The notes: generated by a model from the letters alone, not told the origin. Positions 27,865 through 39,058 are shown, counted from the first letter of the whole stretch. The stretch: DNA of 59,798 bases, filler included, from 4 parts of 4 records of this genome joined end to end with filler, not necessarily neighbours in it, one strand, 5' to 3'. Numbers and translations are program-made.

Positions 27865-28842
27865 TCACTCCTTGTTGGATGTAGGTGCAGCCTTGTCGGC
27901 CGTCGTGGTTCGGTTGGTGGAAATTCTTTCTGGCAGCAGACCTTCCGGCCGCCAGAGCAGCATTGTTACAATCAGCGTCCCGATCAGGATATACTGGATC
28001 GAGCCCGCGTCGAGTTGCATCGAGGCTGGAACAAGCCGGGTCAGGGCGAAGCCGCTCATCGTCCACGCGCCCCAGATCAGCACCGCCCCAAGGACGGCGC
28101 CGCGATTGTTGCCCGCGCCACCGACGATCAGCATCGCCCATATCTGGAAGGTCAGGATCGGCAACATGTCCTGCGGGCTGACGAAAGCGGTGTAGGACAC
28201 GTAAAGCCCGCCGCCTGCACCCATGATCGCCGCACCGATGACCAGCGACCACAGCCGCAGGCGCGCCGGGCTTTTGCCAAGCGCCCGGGCGGCAGTTTCG
28301 TCTTCTCTGATGGCGCGCAGGGCGCGGCCAAAGGGGGAATGGACCAGCCGTTCGATCCCCCACCAGACCAGGGCGAGTGCTACAAGAACCATCGCCAGAA
28401 ACACGACGCCATAGAGGAAATTGTTGTCCACATAGGCTTCCAGCGGCCGGGGGAAGCCACGCAGGCCGCGCGCGCCCCCGGTCAGCCATTGGGAATTGCG
28501 CGCCAGCGATTCCAGCGCGACGGCGACGCCAAAGGTCGAGATGGCCAGATAGTCGTGCCTCAACCTCAGCGTCAGCAGCCCCACCACCCAGGCCAGCGCC
28601 GCCGCCAGCAGGATACCCCCGCCAAGTGCGACCAGATAGGGCAGCTCGAAGCCCCCGAACTGGCCCGGCTCGGGACGGCCGCCCAACATCATCGTGCCGT
28701 AGGCTCCGGCTCCGAAGAAGGCGACGACACCGCCGTTGAATAGCCCGGTGTAGCCCCATTGCAGGTTCAACCCCAGGGTGATGATGGCCATGATTCCGGC
28801 CATGGTCAGGAAGAAGGTCAGGTAGGAAATGACTCCGATCAT
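27865..28842 (-). CDS. Branched-chain amino acid ABC permease (LivM-like)
   Basis: GLNLQWGYTGLFN, LRLRHDYLAIST, SPFGRALRAIREDE and GGAGNN. Confidence 0.92.
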   Translation of the reverse strand: MIGVISYLTFFLTMAGIMAIITLGLNLQWGYTGLFNGGVVAFFGAGAYGTMMLGGRPEPGQFGGFELPYLVALGGGILLAAALAWVVGLLTLRLRHDYLAISTFGVAVALESLARNSQWLTGGARGLRGFPRPLEAYVDNNFLYGVVFLAMVLVALALVWWGIERLVHSPFGRALRAIREDETAARALGKSPARLRLWSLVIGAAIMGAGGGLYVSYTAFVSPQDMLPILTFQIWAMLIVGGAGNNRGAVLGAVLIWGAWTMSGFALTRLVPASMQLDAGSIQYILIGTLIVTMLLWRPEGLLPERISTNRTTTADKAAPTSNKE

Positions 28843-29753
28843 CGCTGGTCCTCACCAAACAGGCCCTGTGGGCGCAGCATCAGGACAGCCAGAATGATCA
28901 GGAACGGCATCGCCGGGGCGTATCCTGCCGGCAGGATCATCAACGCCAGCCCCGAGGCAATTCCGACGATGAACCCGCCGAGAACCGCGCCATAAACGCT
29001 GCCGATGCCACCGACGATGGTGGCCGCGAAGACCGGTAACAGGAACACCGGCCCGATCATCGGGTTCAACTGGTTCGTAAGTGCATAGAGCGTGCCTGCC
29101 GCCGCCGAGAGTCCGCCTGCGATGATCCAGACCGCTGCGATCACGCTCGACAGCCGGACGCCCGCAACCTGTGCAAGGGCCGGGTTTTCGGCCACGGCGC
29201 GCAGGGCAAAGCCGAAGGTGGTGCGGGTCAGGATCAGGTGCAGGACCAGCATCAGCACCAGGGCCAGGACCAGCACGAAGACCTGATCGGGTTTGATCAG
29301 GATCAGCGGGTCGAAGCTGAGGATGCGGGCGCGTGCGATCTCTTGTGAATAAAGCTGCGCGTGGTGGCCGAAGATCAGAACGATCACGTTGCGGATGATC
29401 AGCGCCACGCCGAAACTCGCAAAGACCATCGACAGCGGGTCGGCCTTCTGCCGGATGCGGCGGAACACCAGCCAGTCGATCACAACCGCCGACAGGCCGG
29501 TCAGCACCATGGCGATGATCATCGACAGCACCAATGCACCGGTAAGGGTCAGCGGCGCAAAGGCCTGATCCAGCACCGGCACCAACGACGAAAAAAGCCG
29601 GTCGAACACCAGGGCCGCATAGGCGCCGATGGCCAGCAGTTCCGAATAGGCGAAATTGGCGAAGCGCAGCATGTGCATGATCAGCGTCAGCCCGATTGCG
29701 CCGAGCGAGATGATTGCCCCCGTCAGAATGCCGTCAAGAACGCTCTGGATCAT
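28839..29753 (-). CDS. Branched-chain amino acid ABC permease (LivH-like)
   Basis: GAIGLTL...FANFA, FGFALRAVAEN, GGIGSVYGA and RPQGLFG. Confidence 0.92.
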   Translation of the reverse strand: MIQSVLDGILTGAIISLGAIGLTLIMHMLRFANFAYSELLAIGAYAALVFDRLFSSLVPVLDQAFAPLTLTGALVLSMIIAMVLTGLSAVVIDWLVFRRIRQKADPLSMVFASFGVALIIRNVIVLIFGHHAQLYSQEIARARILSFDPLILIKPDQVFVLVLALVLMLVLHLILTRTTFGFALRAVAENPALAQVAGVRLSSVIAAVWIIAGGLSAAAGTLYALTNQLNPMIGPVFLLPVFAATIVGGIGSVYGAVLGGFIVGIASGLALMILPAGYAPAMPFLIILAVLMLRPQGLFGEDQR

Positions 29754-30472
29754 GACGCCTCCATCCGTTTGCCGCCGAGATAGATTTCACCGACCACCGG
29801 ATCGGATGCAATCTGCGCGGCGGGGCCGTCGATCTGGTTGCGCCCTTCGGCCAGAATATAGCAGTGATCGGCGACGCGAAGGGCCTGTTTCACGTTCTGC
29901 TCGACCAGCAAGACGGTCACGTCCTGATCCGTCAGACTTCTGGCGAGGTCGAGCACTTCGCCCGCGATCTTGGGCGACAATCCGGCAGAGGGTTCGTCCA
30001 GCAGAATGACCGAAGGCTGATTGGCCAAGGCCATTGCGACCGCAAGCATCTGGCGCTGGCCGCCCGATAGCGCATTGGCGCGCTCGGCCCGCTTGTCGCG
30101 AAGTGCCGGGAACAGATCGAACAGTTCCTCCAGCCGTTTGCCGCCATCGGGCGCACGGCGCAGGACCAGCATCAGGTTTTCGCGGATCGTCAGGTGGCGG
30201 AAGATATTGTCGGTCTGCGGCACATAGGCCAGCCCATGCGCGCCCATCAGGTCCGGGCGCAGGCCGGTGATGTCTCGGTCACCCAGCATCACGCGCCCGC
30301 CGCTGACCGGGACCAGACCTGCAATCGCCTTTATCAAGGTCGACTTTCCGGCCCCGTTCGGCCCGATGATGACCGTCAGTTTCGCGTGTTCGGCTGTCAG
30401 GGTCACGTTGCGCAGGATCGGCAAGTCGCGGACATACCCGGCCTCTAGCGTCTCTATCTTCAGGGCGGTCAT
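29750..30472 (-). CDS. Branched-chain amino acid ABC ATP-binding protein (LivF-like)
   Basis: GPNGAGKST, LSGGQRQMLA, LDEPSAGLSP and VEQN. Confidence 0.93.
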   Translation of the reverse strand: MTALKIETLEAGYVRDLPILRNVTLTAEHAKLTVIIGPNGAGKSTLIKAIAGLVPVSGGRVMLGDRDITGLRPDLMGAHGLAYVPQTDNIFRHLTIRENLMLVLRRAPDGGKRLEELFDLFPALRDKRAERANALSGGQRQMLAVAMALANQPSVILLDEPSAGLSPKIAGEVLDLARSLTDQDVTVLLVEQNVKQALRVADHCYILAEGRNQIDGPAAQIASDPVVGEIYLGGKRMEAS

Positions 30473-31236
30473 GCGGGCGCACCCAGATAGGCATCCAGCA
30501 GATCCGGGTTCACCCGTGCCTCGTCGGCAGTGCCCTGGAACATGACCTTACCCTCGGCGAGGGCAATCACCGGGTCGCAATGGCGCATGACAAAATCCAT
30601 GTCGTGTTCGATCACAACGAAGGTCACGCCACGCCGGTTCAACTGTTCGATCCGGTCGATCAGGATATTGGTCAGGGTCGGGTTCACCCCCGCTGCCGGT
30701 TCATCCAGCAAGATCACGGAAGGGTCGCCCATCAACGCGCGCCCCAGTTCCAGCAGTTTCATCTGCCCGCCCGAGATCTTTCCGGCCGGATGCTCGGCAA
30801 GGTGAGAAAGGGTGACAAAGTCAAGGATGTCCTCCGCCTTCTTGCGCAGCGCGCGTTCCTGCTCGGCCATGCGACGACGACGGAAGAGCGCGCCGGACAC
30901 GGTTTCCCCGACCTGTGCGGGCGGGGCCAGCATCAGGTTGTCCATGACGCTCATCCGGCGAAAGGGACGAGGGATTTGAAACGTGCGCGCAAGCCCGAGC
31001 GCGAAAAGCGCCTCGGGCTGCTTGCCGGTGATGTCTTTCCCGTTCAGCGCAACGGTGCCGCCCGAGGGTTTCAGGCTGCCCGCCACCATGTTGAACAGGG
31101 TCGTCTTGCCGGCGCCGTTGGGGCCGATCAACCCGGTGATGCTGCCTTTGCGGATGTCCAACGTTACCCCGTCCACCGCCCGGAAGGGCCCGAAGTCGCG
31201 GGTCAAGCCGCTTAGGGACAGGGCTGCGTCGGTCAT
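30469..31236 (-). CDS. Branched-chain amino acid ABC ATP-binding protein (LivG-like)
   Basis: GPNGAGKTT, ARTFQ, LDEPAAGVNP, IEHDM and AYLG. Start moved to the ATG at 31236. Confidence 0.93.
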   Translation of the reverse strand: MTDAALSLSGLTRDFGPFRAVDGVTLDIRKGSITGLIGPNGAGKTTLFNMVAGSLKPSGGTVALNGKDITGKQPEALFALGLARTFQIPRPFRRMSVMDNLMLAPPAQVGETVSGALFRRRRMAEQERALRKKAEDILDFVTLSHLAEHPAGKISGGQMKLLELGRALMGDPSVILLDEPAAGVNPTLTNILIDRIEQLNRRGVTFVVIEHDMDFVMRHCDPVIALAEGKVMFQGTADEARVNPDLLDAYLGAPA

Positions 31237-31639
31237 GATCCGTGAACCTTGTCGGCAGGGTTGGTGTTCAGGTTGTATTTCATGATCCGGCCATGGCGGC
31301 TGCCGCGGTCGCCTTCCAGCCCATAGACCGGGCCGTTTGGCCCGCCCGCCTGCGCGAGGATCGCGTCGATCCGCGCCCGGTCCTCGGGGTCGAGCACAAC
31401 GTTGAACACTTCCAGCGTCTTGGGCAGATGGCGGGCATAGCGCGCGCCGACAATGGCAGCGGCGACCTGCGGCTGGTCCAGCACCCAACGTGTCGCAACC
31501 GAGGACAGCGCCACGCCATGCTTGTCGCCAATCGCTTGCAGGGTCTGCAACAATGCCTGAAACAGATCCCACGGCCCGAACTCGTCGATGATCAGCCGGT
31601 ATTTCACAAGACTGCGATTTTCAAAATCAAAACCGGGGT
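31233..31639 (-). CDS. Aldo/keto reductase, C-terminal part (5'-truncated by contig end)
   Basis: SLVKYRLIIDEFG...IGDKHGVALSSVATRWVLDQPQVAAAIVGAR...LDPEDRARID resembles the AKR NADPH-binding end. Confidence 0.8.
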
Positions 31640-31739
31640 NNNNNNNNNNNNNNNNNNNNNNNNNNNNNNNNNNNNNNNNNNNNTTAATTAATTAANNNNN
31701 NNNNNNNNNNNNNNNNNNNNNNNNNNNNNNNNNNNNNNN
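31640..31739. other. Artificial contig spacer
   Basis: Ns flanking TTAATTAATTAA. Confidence 0.99.
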
Positions 31740-31856
31740 CCCGCCTCTGTCAAAGACTTAATCGACTTTCTACCGGGCCTTTCGCCCGGAATAGGGGTAT
31801 TTTACGATATCAGCCCGAAAGAACCCCCATATCCAACCGACCGGACCTGAAACCCT

Positions 31857-32450
31857 ATGCTTCCTCCCAAGCTGCTATTGGCCTCTTCCTCACCCTACCG
31901 AAAGCAATTGCTGGCCCGGCTCGACCTTGCGTTCGACACTGCCAGCCCCGACATCGACGAAACACCCACTCCAGGAGAAGCAGCCGAAGCCCTGGCCGTC
32001 CGACTTGCAGAAAGCAAAGCAAAAGCTCTCGCCCCGCGCTTTCAGGACCATATCATCATCGGCTCTGACCAGGTGGCGGCATTACCGGATGGCAGCCTGC
32101 TGAGCAAACCCGGCCACTACGACACAGCAAAACAGCAATTGATGCGAAGCAGTGGCAACCGGGTGCGCTTTCTCACCGGTCTGGCCGTTCTGGATACCCG
32201 AAGCGGCAACCTTCAAACTCACTGCGAACCGTTTGAGGTGCAGTTCAGGGACTTACAGGAAGAGGAAATTGAAGGCTACCTGCAGAAAGAGCAGCCTTAC
32301 GACTGCGCGGGCAGCTTCAAGATGGAAGGTCTTGGCATCGCCCTGTTCAGCCGCCTTCAGGGCGACGATCCCAACAGCCTGATCGGCCTGCCGCTGATTG
32401 CGCTCACCCGTATACTGAGAGAGCTGGGCATCAATCCATTGCTGGACTGA
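31857..32450 (+). CDS. Maf-family nucleotide pyrophosphatase (YceF-like)
   Basis: LLLASSSPYR, IGSDQV, SKPG, CAGSFKMEGLG and LIGLPL; conserved position near rluC-rne. Confidence 0.92.
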   Translation: MLPPKLLLASSSPYRKQLLARLDLAFDTASPDIDETPTPGEAAEALAVRLAESKAKALAPRFQDHIIIGSDQVAALPDGSLLSKPGHYDTAKQQLMRSSGNRVRFLTGLAVLDTRSGNLQTHCEPFEVQFRDLQEEEIEGYLQKEQPYDCAGSFKMEGLGIALFSRLQGDDPNSLIGLPLIALTRILRELGINPLLD

Positions 32451-32463
32451 TGCCCGAGGCAAC

Positions 32464-33513
32464 TTATCGGAGCTCCAGTCGTGACTCCATCAACCGGGTT
32501 GCGACACCTTCACCAACGGCGACCCCCAGCTGATCCACAAACTTCTGAAAAGGAGAGCGGCTGCGACTGTAATCGACAAGCTCCTCTTCGCCCACCAACT
32601 GGCGCGCGACCCAGGATGAACTGCCCAGACCATCTACAAGCCCCAGCTCTACCGCCTGCACACCACTCCAGACCAGACCACTGAACAGCCGGGGATCATC
32701 CGCAAGGCGATCGCCCCGCCCCTGCCTGACCGCTTCAATGAACTGCTTATGGGTGTTTTCAAGCACGCCTTGCCAGAACGCAACCTCTTCCTCCTGCTCC
32801 GGCGAGAACGGGTCCAGGAAAGCCTTGTTGTCACCTGCGGTATAAAGACGACGATCCACGCCAATCTTTTCCATCGCCTCAGTGAAGCCAAAACCACCGG
32901 CCACTACACCAATCGATCCGACCAGACTGGCCCGGTTGGCGTATATCTCATCGGCTGCTGCGGCAATGTAATAAGCGCCCGATGCACCAATATCAGAAAT
33001 CACCGCGTAGATCTTCTTGTCGGGATATTCCTCCCTCAACCGCTTGATCTCATCATAGACATAGCCGGACTGCACCGGACTGCCACCCGGACTGTTAATC
33101 CGCAGCACAACCGCCTTCGAGCTCTCGGCCTCAAACGCGGCACGCAATGCCCCGACCAGGTTATCTGCACTGGCCAGCTCATCAGCAGCAATCGGGCCAT
33201 TCACCTCTACCAGCGCGGTATGGCTTCCCACTGTGGCCCCGACGCCTTCTCCGAAGGGCGCACGAATCATGAACAGCAGCGCAAACAGATATCCGAACGT
33301 GAGCAGCTTGAAGAAAATACCCCAACGACGACTGCGCCGCTGCTCCGCCTGCAAGGACATCACCAGCTTTTCAATCAGACGCCAATCACGCCCCGTCTCC
33401 GGCGGCATCGACGGCTTCCTGCTGCCAAACAAGCCACCTCGGGCGCCCCGGGCTTCTGACTCAACGGGCTTGTCGCCCCACTCCGACTGCTTATCCGAAT
33501 CCCACTCGCTCAT
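32464..33513 (-). CDS. S49-family signal peptide peptidase (SppA-type)
   Basis: INSPGGSP, ASGAYYIA, GSIGV and K in AGDNKA; N-terminal TM helix. Confidence 0.92.
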   Translation of the reverse strand: MSEWDSDKQSEWGDKPVESEARGARGGLFGSRKPSMPPETGRDWRLIEKLVMSLQAEQRRSRRWGIFFKLLTFGYLFALLFMIRAPFGEGVGATVGSHTALVEVNGPIAADELASADNLVGALRAAFEAESSKAVVLRINSPGGSPVQSGYVYDEIKRLREEYPDKKIYAVISDIGASGAYYIAAAADEIYANRASLVGSIGVVAGGFGFTEAMEKIGVDRRLYTAGDNKAFLDPFSPEQEEEVAFWQGVLENTHKQFIEAVRQGRGDRLADDPRLFSGLVWSGVQAVELGLVDGLGSSSWVARQLVGEEELVDYSRSRSPFQKFVDQLGVAVGEGVATRLMESRLELR

Positions 33514-33542
33514 TCGTATTCCTTACTTGCAACGTCCTGCTG

Positions 33543-34193
33543 TTAGCGCAGACCCAACACCTTCCGGAGGTCCGCCACTGAATTCACCACTGCATGAGGA
33601 TCATAGGTCTCAAGCACATCACGCTTGTGCACCCCCCACTCCACACCGATGGAGGGCATACCAACACGCTGAGCCATCTCCAGATCGTAACGGGTATCGC
33701 CAATCATCACAGCCTCTTCCGGTTCATAGCCGTAGAACGCCAGGATTTCCTCCAGCATCAACGGATGCGGCTTGGACCGGGTTTCATCCGCACAGCGCGT
33801 GATATCAAAATGCGACCCCAGACCACTGGAGGTCAACGCCAATTCAAGACCCCGCCGACTCTTGCCAGTCGCCACCGAACACCCACGCCCGGAACCCCGG
33901 AGATCGGCAACCACATCTGCCATGCCGTCGAACACATTCTGGGGCGTGGTCACCTTCTTGAAGAAGTAACCGGCATAACCTTCACGGATACGAACCATCT
34001 CCTCACGACTCAGCCCCGGATACAGCTTCTCCAGCGCCTCAATCATGCCCAGACCAATAATGTCGCGATAGGCCTCTCGCTCCAGCTCTGGATACCCCAG
34101 CTCCGTTGCCGCCTGGTGCAGGCTGTCAGCGATATGGTCCACTGAATCAATCAGCGTTCCGTCCCAGTCAAAAATAACGACTTTTACCTTCAT
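33543..34193 (-). CDS. HAD-IA hydrolase (phosphoglycolate phosphatase-like)
   Basis: FDWDGTL, ATGK, SKPHP and IGDT motifs. Confidence 0.9.
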   Translation of the reverse strand: MKVKVVIFDWDGTLIDSVDHIADSLHQAATELGYPELEREAYRDIIGLGMIEALEKLYPGLSREEMVRIREGYAGYFFKKVTTPQNVFDGMADVVADLRGSGRGCSVATGKSRRGLELALTSSGLGSHFDITRCADETRSKPHPLMLEEILAFYGYEPEEAVMIGDTRYDLEMAQRVGMPSIGVEWGVHKRDVLETYDPHAVVNSVADLRKVLGLR

Positions 34194-35260
34194 CAAGACC
34201 GCTTCCCGCTTCGCTTGGTCAATTCTTCGAGCACCCCGGAAAAGGGCCCGTCGTATACTGCTTCCAGCCGCATGGGCTCACCCGAACCCGGAAGCGAAAA
34301 CTCAAGAGCCCTGGCGTGCAACATCAAGCGCTGCCCACCAATGGCCCGGAAAGCTTTCAGGCTCGCATCATCCATATACTTGTCATCGCCCGCAATCGGA
34401 TGACCCGCCCAGGCACTGTGTACTCGAATCTGGTGAGTCCTGCCGGTCACCGGCGATGCCTCAACAAGACTATACCCCTGAAATCGCTGCAAACAGGTAA
34501 ACAAAGTCAGGGAACTCTTGCCCTCCTCACTGACCCGAACCCGACGCTCGCCATTAGGCATCTCAAAACGCAACAGCGGCTCAGCAACACGATCAACATA
34601 TTCCGGCCAACTGCCGACCACCAGAGCGTGGTAATACTTGCGAATCCGCTTCTGCCGCAGCTCATCCTGCAAAAACCGCAACGCGGAACGCTTTTTAGCC
34701 ACCATTACCAGACCAGACGTATCGCGATCCAGACGATGAACCAGCTCCAGGAACCTGGCTTCCGGCCGGGCCGACCGCAACACTTCAATCAAACCGAAAC
34801 TCAGTCCGCTTCCGCCATGAACCGCTATACCGGAGGGCTTGTTCACCACCAGCATTTCATCGTTTTCGAAAACGACCGCAGCCTCCATAACCCCCTGCAC
34901 CCGACTGCCGGGCTTGGGCTGCTCCGCCCTGGCCTGCTGTACCAGCGGCGGAATTCTGACCACATCCCCCGGATTAAGACGGGTATCAGGCTTTACACGC
35001 CCCTTGTTTACCCGCACCTCACCCTTTCTGACAATGCGGTAGACAATGCTTTTGGGCACCCCCCGCAATCGTGCAAGCAGGAAATTATCCACCCGCTGCC
35101 CTGCCATATCCTCATCAACGGTAATCCACTGAACCTCTGTCGCCACCTTTCCCTGAACACGATCAGAACCCGCCTTCACAGCAGCCTTTCCGACTTCACG
35201 GACCTTCCCACTGGCAGGGCGACGACCCTTTGTCTTACGGGAATCGGGGGAGCGCGACAT
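34193..35260 (-). CDS. rluC: 23S rRNA pseudouridine(955/2504/2580) synthase
   Basis: S4 domain GQRVDNFL, KPSGIAVHGGSG, HRLDRDTSG and TGRTHQIRVH; divergent from rne. Confidence 0.95.
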   Translation of the reverse strand: MSRSPDSRKTKGRRPASGKVREVGKAAVKAGSDRVQGKVATEVQWITVDEDMAGQRVDNFLLARLRGVPKSIVYRIVRKGEVRVNKGRVKPDTRLNPGDVVRIPPLVQQARAEQPKPGSRVQGVMEAAVVFENDEMLVVNKPSGIAVHGGSGLSFGLIEVLRSARPEARFLELVHRLDRDTSGLVMVAKKRSALRFLQDELRQKRIRKYYHALVVGSWPEYVDRVAEPLLRFEMPNGERRVRVSEEGKSSLTLFTCLQRFQGYSLVEASPVTGRTHQIRVHSAWAGHPIAGDDKYMDDASLKAFRAIGGQRLMLHARALEFSLPGSGEPMRLEAVYDGPFSGVLEELTKRSGKRS

Positions 35261-35890
35261 GTAAACCCTTGCGTTGGTAAATTGCGGCACCGTATGGCCG
35301 CCCCTGCATACCGGGACGGACGCAACTGAGGAGTTGCCTGCCCACGCCGTACCTGTTATATTCCGGCGTGCTCTGCCGTTTGTCTACGGCCTGACGAACT
35401 CTGGTCAGAAGCCGGAGCGGCAGCAGTATACCGATACTGATTAAGAGTTTGAACGCTGCAAAACCAATCATTAACGGATGCAGCGGGAAACAGACTCCCG
35501 GAATCACAGGCCAGACCGAGAAAGGCTGTTACCTGCTCCGGGAGAGGAAAACCGACTGGAAAACCGTCGGGCGACATCGCGAAGAATCATTGCCACGCAA
35601 ACCCGGGCCGTCCAGCAAACCAATACGACGTGAGACCCAGGGGCTTGTGTGAACCTGAAACGGATATTATGCGTCAACAGACTCTCACCCTATTCGACCT
35701 CGACCTGCCCACCGGCAGGCGGGATGTCGGCGGTGGTCTCAGACACCCAGGATTGCACCCCATAAGGGTATGATCCGTCTGGCCGCCGGCCTGCCTGCTG
35801 TAAAGGGCCCGCGGCACGCACATCCTGCTTCGCCGATGCGAATCCCCCCGGTTTTCTGTCACCAACAAACGACAGGAACCCTTTCTTTCC
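35261..35890 (+). promoter_or_regulatory. Long rluC-rne intergenic region, probably including the structured rne 5' leader
   Basis: 630 nt with no convincing CDS. Long autoregulatory 5' UTRs are established for rne in Gammaproteobacteria. Confidence 0.5.
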
Positions 35891-38800
35891 ATGAAAAGAA
35901 TGCTGATCAATGCAACTCATCCCGAAGAGTTGCGCGTCGCGCTGGTTGACGGCCAACGGCTGTTCGACCTTGATATCGAATCCAGTACCCGCGAACAGAA
36001 AAAGGCCAACATCTACAAGGGCCGCATTACCCGGGTAGAACCCAGCCTTGAAGCGGCTTTCGTTGACTTTGGCGCAGAGCGCCACGGCTTCCTGCCCCTG
36101 AAGGAAATCTCCAAAGAGTATTTCAAGAAGTCGCCCGGGCAGATTGAGGGCAAAATCAACATCAAGGATGTTGTCTCCGAAGGCCAGGAAGTCATTGTTC
36201 AGGTCGACAAGGAAGAGCGTGGCAACAAGGGCGCTGCCCTGACCACCTTTATTTCCCTGGCTGGCCGCTACCTGGTGCTGATGCCCAACAACCCCCGCGC
36301 CGGTGGTATTTCGCGCCGCATTGAAGGCGAAGAACGGACCCAGCTGAAAGAAGCGATGAACGGCGTTCAGGTGCCGAAGTCCATGGGCATTATTGTGCGT
36401 ACGGCCGGCATTGGCCGCACCACCGAAGAGCTCCAGTGGGACCTCGACTACCTGGTACAGTTCTGGGAAGCCATCACCCAGGCGGCCGGCGAGCGCAAGG
36501 CTCCTTTCCTGATCCATCAGGAAAGTAATGTGATCATCCGCGCCGTGCGCGATTACCTCCGCCAGGACATCGGCGAAGTCCTGATCGACGCCGAAAGCGT
36601 GTACGAAGACGTTCTGAGCTTCGTTCGTGCGGTCATGCCCACCTTCGAAAACAAGATCAAGCTGTACAAAGACGAGATCCCCCTGTTCAGCCGTTATCAG
36701 ATCGAAGGCCAGATCGAAACGGCGTTCCAGCGCGAAGTGAAACTGCCCTCCGGCGGCTCGATTGTCATCGACCCAACCGAAGCCCTGGTGTCCATTGACA
36801 TCAACTCATCACGGGCCACCAAAGGCCAGGACATTGAAGAAACGGCCCTGCAGACCAACCTTGAAGCGGCCGAAGAAATCGCGCGCCAACTGCGCCTGCG
36901 GGATATGGGCGGCCTGATCGTTATCGACTTCATCGACATGACGCCAGCCAAACACCAGCGGGAAGTCGAGCAGAAGATGCGTGAAGCGCTGGAACTCGAC
37001 AGGGCCCGCGTTCAGGTTGGCAAGATCTCTCGTTTCGGCCTGCTGGAAATGTCACGTCAGCGTCTGCGCCCCTCACTGGGCGAGACCCGCAGCGAGGTTT
37101 GCCCGCGCTGTGAAGGCCAGGGCACCATCCGGGGTATCGAATCTCTGGCGCTGAGCATCATGCGCCTGATCTACGAAGAATCCTCCAAGGAGAAGACCGC
37201 AGAAGTACGAGCCATGGTGCCGGTTTCTGTGGCCACCTTCCTGTTGAACGAAAAACGCAAGCAGCTGGCCGACATTGAAGCCCGCCAGGGCGTAGCGGTT
37301 GTGGTCGCACCTGTGCCCAACATGGAAACGCCGCACTTCGAGATTCTGCGCCTGCGTCAGGACGAAACCTCTCCAGAGCATGTCTCCAGCCATCAGGTAG
37401 CTCAACAGTACAGCGAGCGCGAGGAAGAGGCAGCCGTAGAAGTTGCAAGTGCCGAGAAACCGGTGCGCGAACAGGCCGCCGTGAAAGCCATCCGTCCCTC
37501 TGCGCCAGCCCCAGCACCGACAGCCGCTGCGCCAACGGCTGCTGAGCAGGAAGAAGGCCTGTTCCGCAAACTGGGCAAGAAGATCGCGTGCTTCTTCCGG
37601 GGTGAAGAACCGGAGCAGGAAGCCAACCGCGACACTAACCGGAACCGGAGTGAAGAGCGTCGCAACCAGGCCCGCCAGGATCGCCGCAAATCCCGCGTTG
37701 CCCGCGATGACCAACGCACCGGCGGCAACCGCAGCGGCAATGATCGCCGTCAGGGTAGCCAGCAGAACCGTGGCGATGACAACCGGGGCCGCAATCGTGG
37801 TGGCCGTGGTGACGATCAGAATCGCGGTGAACGTGGTGGCCAGAACCGTTCCAACCGGGACGACCGCTCTGGCGACAGCAAGGGCAATGACAACCGCCGG
37901 GACAACCGCAAGGACTCCCAGGGCCGCGGCCAGAACCGGAACCGTCCCCAGCGCGACCAGAAAGGCCCGCAGGACAACCGGGAACAGCAGGAATCCCAGA
38001 AGGGACCTTCCAACGACAAGCAGGGCGGTGACGACAAGCAACGCAAACCACGCCGACAACGTAACCGGGACGGCTCGCCCGCCGAGACTCCGGCATCAAC
38101 GCCAGCAGAACGCAAAGCGGAACGCAGCGAGAAGCACCAGAAAGATACCCAGCCGGAAAAAGCGGCTGACAAGACAGCTCCTGTGGACGCTAAAGCCAGT
38201 GAGTCGCGCGTAGATAAAGCCGAGCAACCGGCCGCAACAACGCCGGAAACCAAAACTGCGCCAGAGAGCCGCAAGCCTGAACAACAGGAAATGGCCGAGA
38301 AGCCGGAGACCAAAACCGAACAGGCCGAGCAGAAAGAGGCTCCCTCAGCAGAAGACAAGCCTGAAGCAAAGGATGAGAGCAGCCGCAAAGAGAAGTCTGA
38401 CGGCCGCAGAGGCCGCAGCTCAGGCCGCCAGCGCAAGCCTCGCTCTGCGGATAGCGCTGAAAAATCCGGTGCTGCCGAAGACAAGGGTGACAAGGAGAGC
38501 TTGCCGGCAGAAGCCGAGCAGAAACAGGCCGCCAAGCCTCAGCGTACCGAGCAGGTCACCGCAACAGAAGCCGAGCAGCCTGCAGAAAAGGCCAGCGCCG
38601 AGCCTGCCAAAGCCGAAGACAAAGAACCGGTCAAGGCAGAGGCCAAGGCACCCCGGCAAGCCAAGGCTGACTCACCGAAGGCGTCTGAGCCGGAAACCGG
38701 CGCGGCTTCTGATCAGAAGGCTGCCGAGGACAAAGCCGACAAGGCGCCGGAACAGAAAGCCGAGGCCGCTAAAACCGAGCCTGAAGTAGATACGGCGCCG

Positions 38801-39058
38801 GAGAAGCAGGCCGGATCCAGCAGCGAAAAACCCGCTGACAAACCGGAGCAGCCTGCAGAGCCCGTAAAAGCCGAGCCAGCTCCGGCCAGCGAAAAGCCAG
38901 CGGAGCAGAAAGAAGAGACTCAGGAAGCCAGTGCATCGGAAGCTATCCCGGTGACTCCGGGCCGGGCCTATAATGACCCAAGAGAGGTCCGCAAGCGCCA
39001 ACGCGCGGCCGAAGAAGCCAAAAAGGCAGAAGAGGCCAAGCAGGCCGGGAGCAACTGA
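35891..39058 (+). CDS. rne: Ribonuclease E
   Basis: [10 protein letters not shown]1 domain, [13 protein letters not shown] and Zn-link CPRCEGQG. The C-terminal half has an amphipathic membrane-targeting helix ([14 protein letters not shown]), an Arg-rich disordered region and a terminal RAYNDPRE motif. Confidence 0.98.
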   Translation: MKRMLINATHPEELRVALVDGQRLFDLDIESSTREQKKANIYKGRITRVEPSLEAAFVDFGAERHGFLPLKEISKEYFKKSPGQIEGKINIKDVVSEGQEVIVQVDKEERGNKGAALTTFISLAGRYLVLMPNNPRAGGISRRIEGEERTQLKEAMNGVQVPKSMGIIVRTAGIGRTTEELQWDLDYLVQFWEAITQAAGERKAPFLIHQESNVIIRAVRDYLRQDIGEVLIDAESVYEDVLSFVRAVMPTFENKIKLYKDEIPLFSRYQIEGQIETAFQREVKLPSGGSIVIDPTEALVSIDINSSRATKGQDIEETALQTNLEAAEEIARQLRLRDMGGLIVIDFIDMTPAKHQREVEQKMREALELDRARVQVGKISRFGLLEMSRQRLRPSLGETRSEVCPRCEGQGTIRGIESLALSIMRLIYEESSKEKTAEVRAMVPVSVATFLLNEKRKQLADIEARQGVAVVVAPVPNMETPHFEILRLRQDETSPEHVSSHQVAQQYSEREEEAAVEVASAEKPVREQAAVKAIRPSAPAPAPTAAAPTAAEQEEGLFRKLGKKIACFFRGEEPEQEANRDTNRNRSEERRNQARQDRRKSRVARDDQRTGGNRSGNDRRQGSQQNRGDDNRGRNRGGRGDDQNRGERGGQNRSNRDDRSGDSKGNDNRRDNRKDSQGRGQNRNRPQRDQKGPQDNREQQESQKGPSNDKQGGDDKQRKPRRQRNRDGSPAETPASTPAERKAERSEKHQKDTQPEKAADKTAPVDAKASESRVDKAEQPAATTPETKTAPESRKPEQQEMAEKPETKTEQAEQKEAPSAEDKPEAKDESSRKEKSDGRRGRSSGRQRKPRSADSAEKSGAAEDKGDKESLPAEAEQKQAAKPQRTEQVTATEAEQPAEKASAEPAKAEDKEPVKAEAKAPRQAKADSPKASEPETGAASDQKAAEDKADKAPEQKAEAAKTEPEVDTAPEKQAGSSSEKPADKPEQPAEPVKAEPAPASEKPAEQKEETQEASASEAIPVTPGRAYNDPREVRKRQRAAEEAKKAEEAKQAGSN

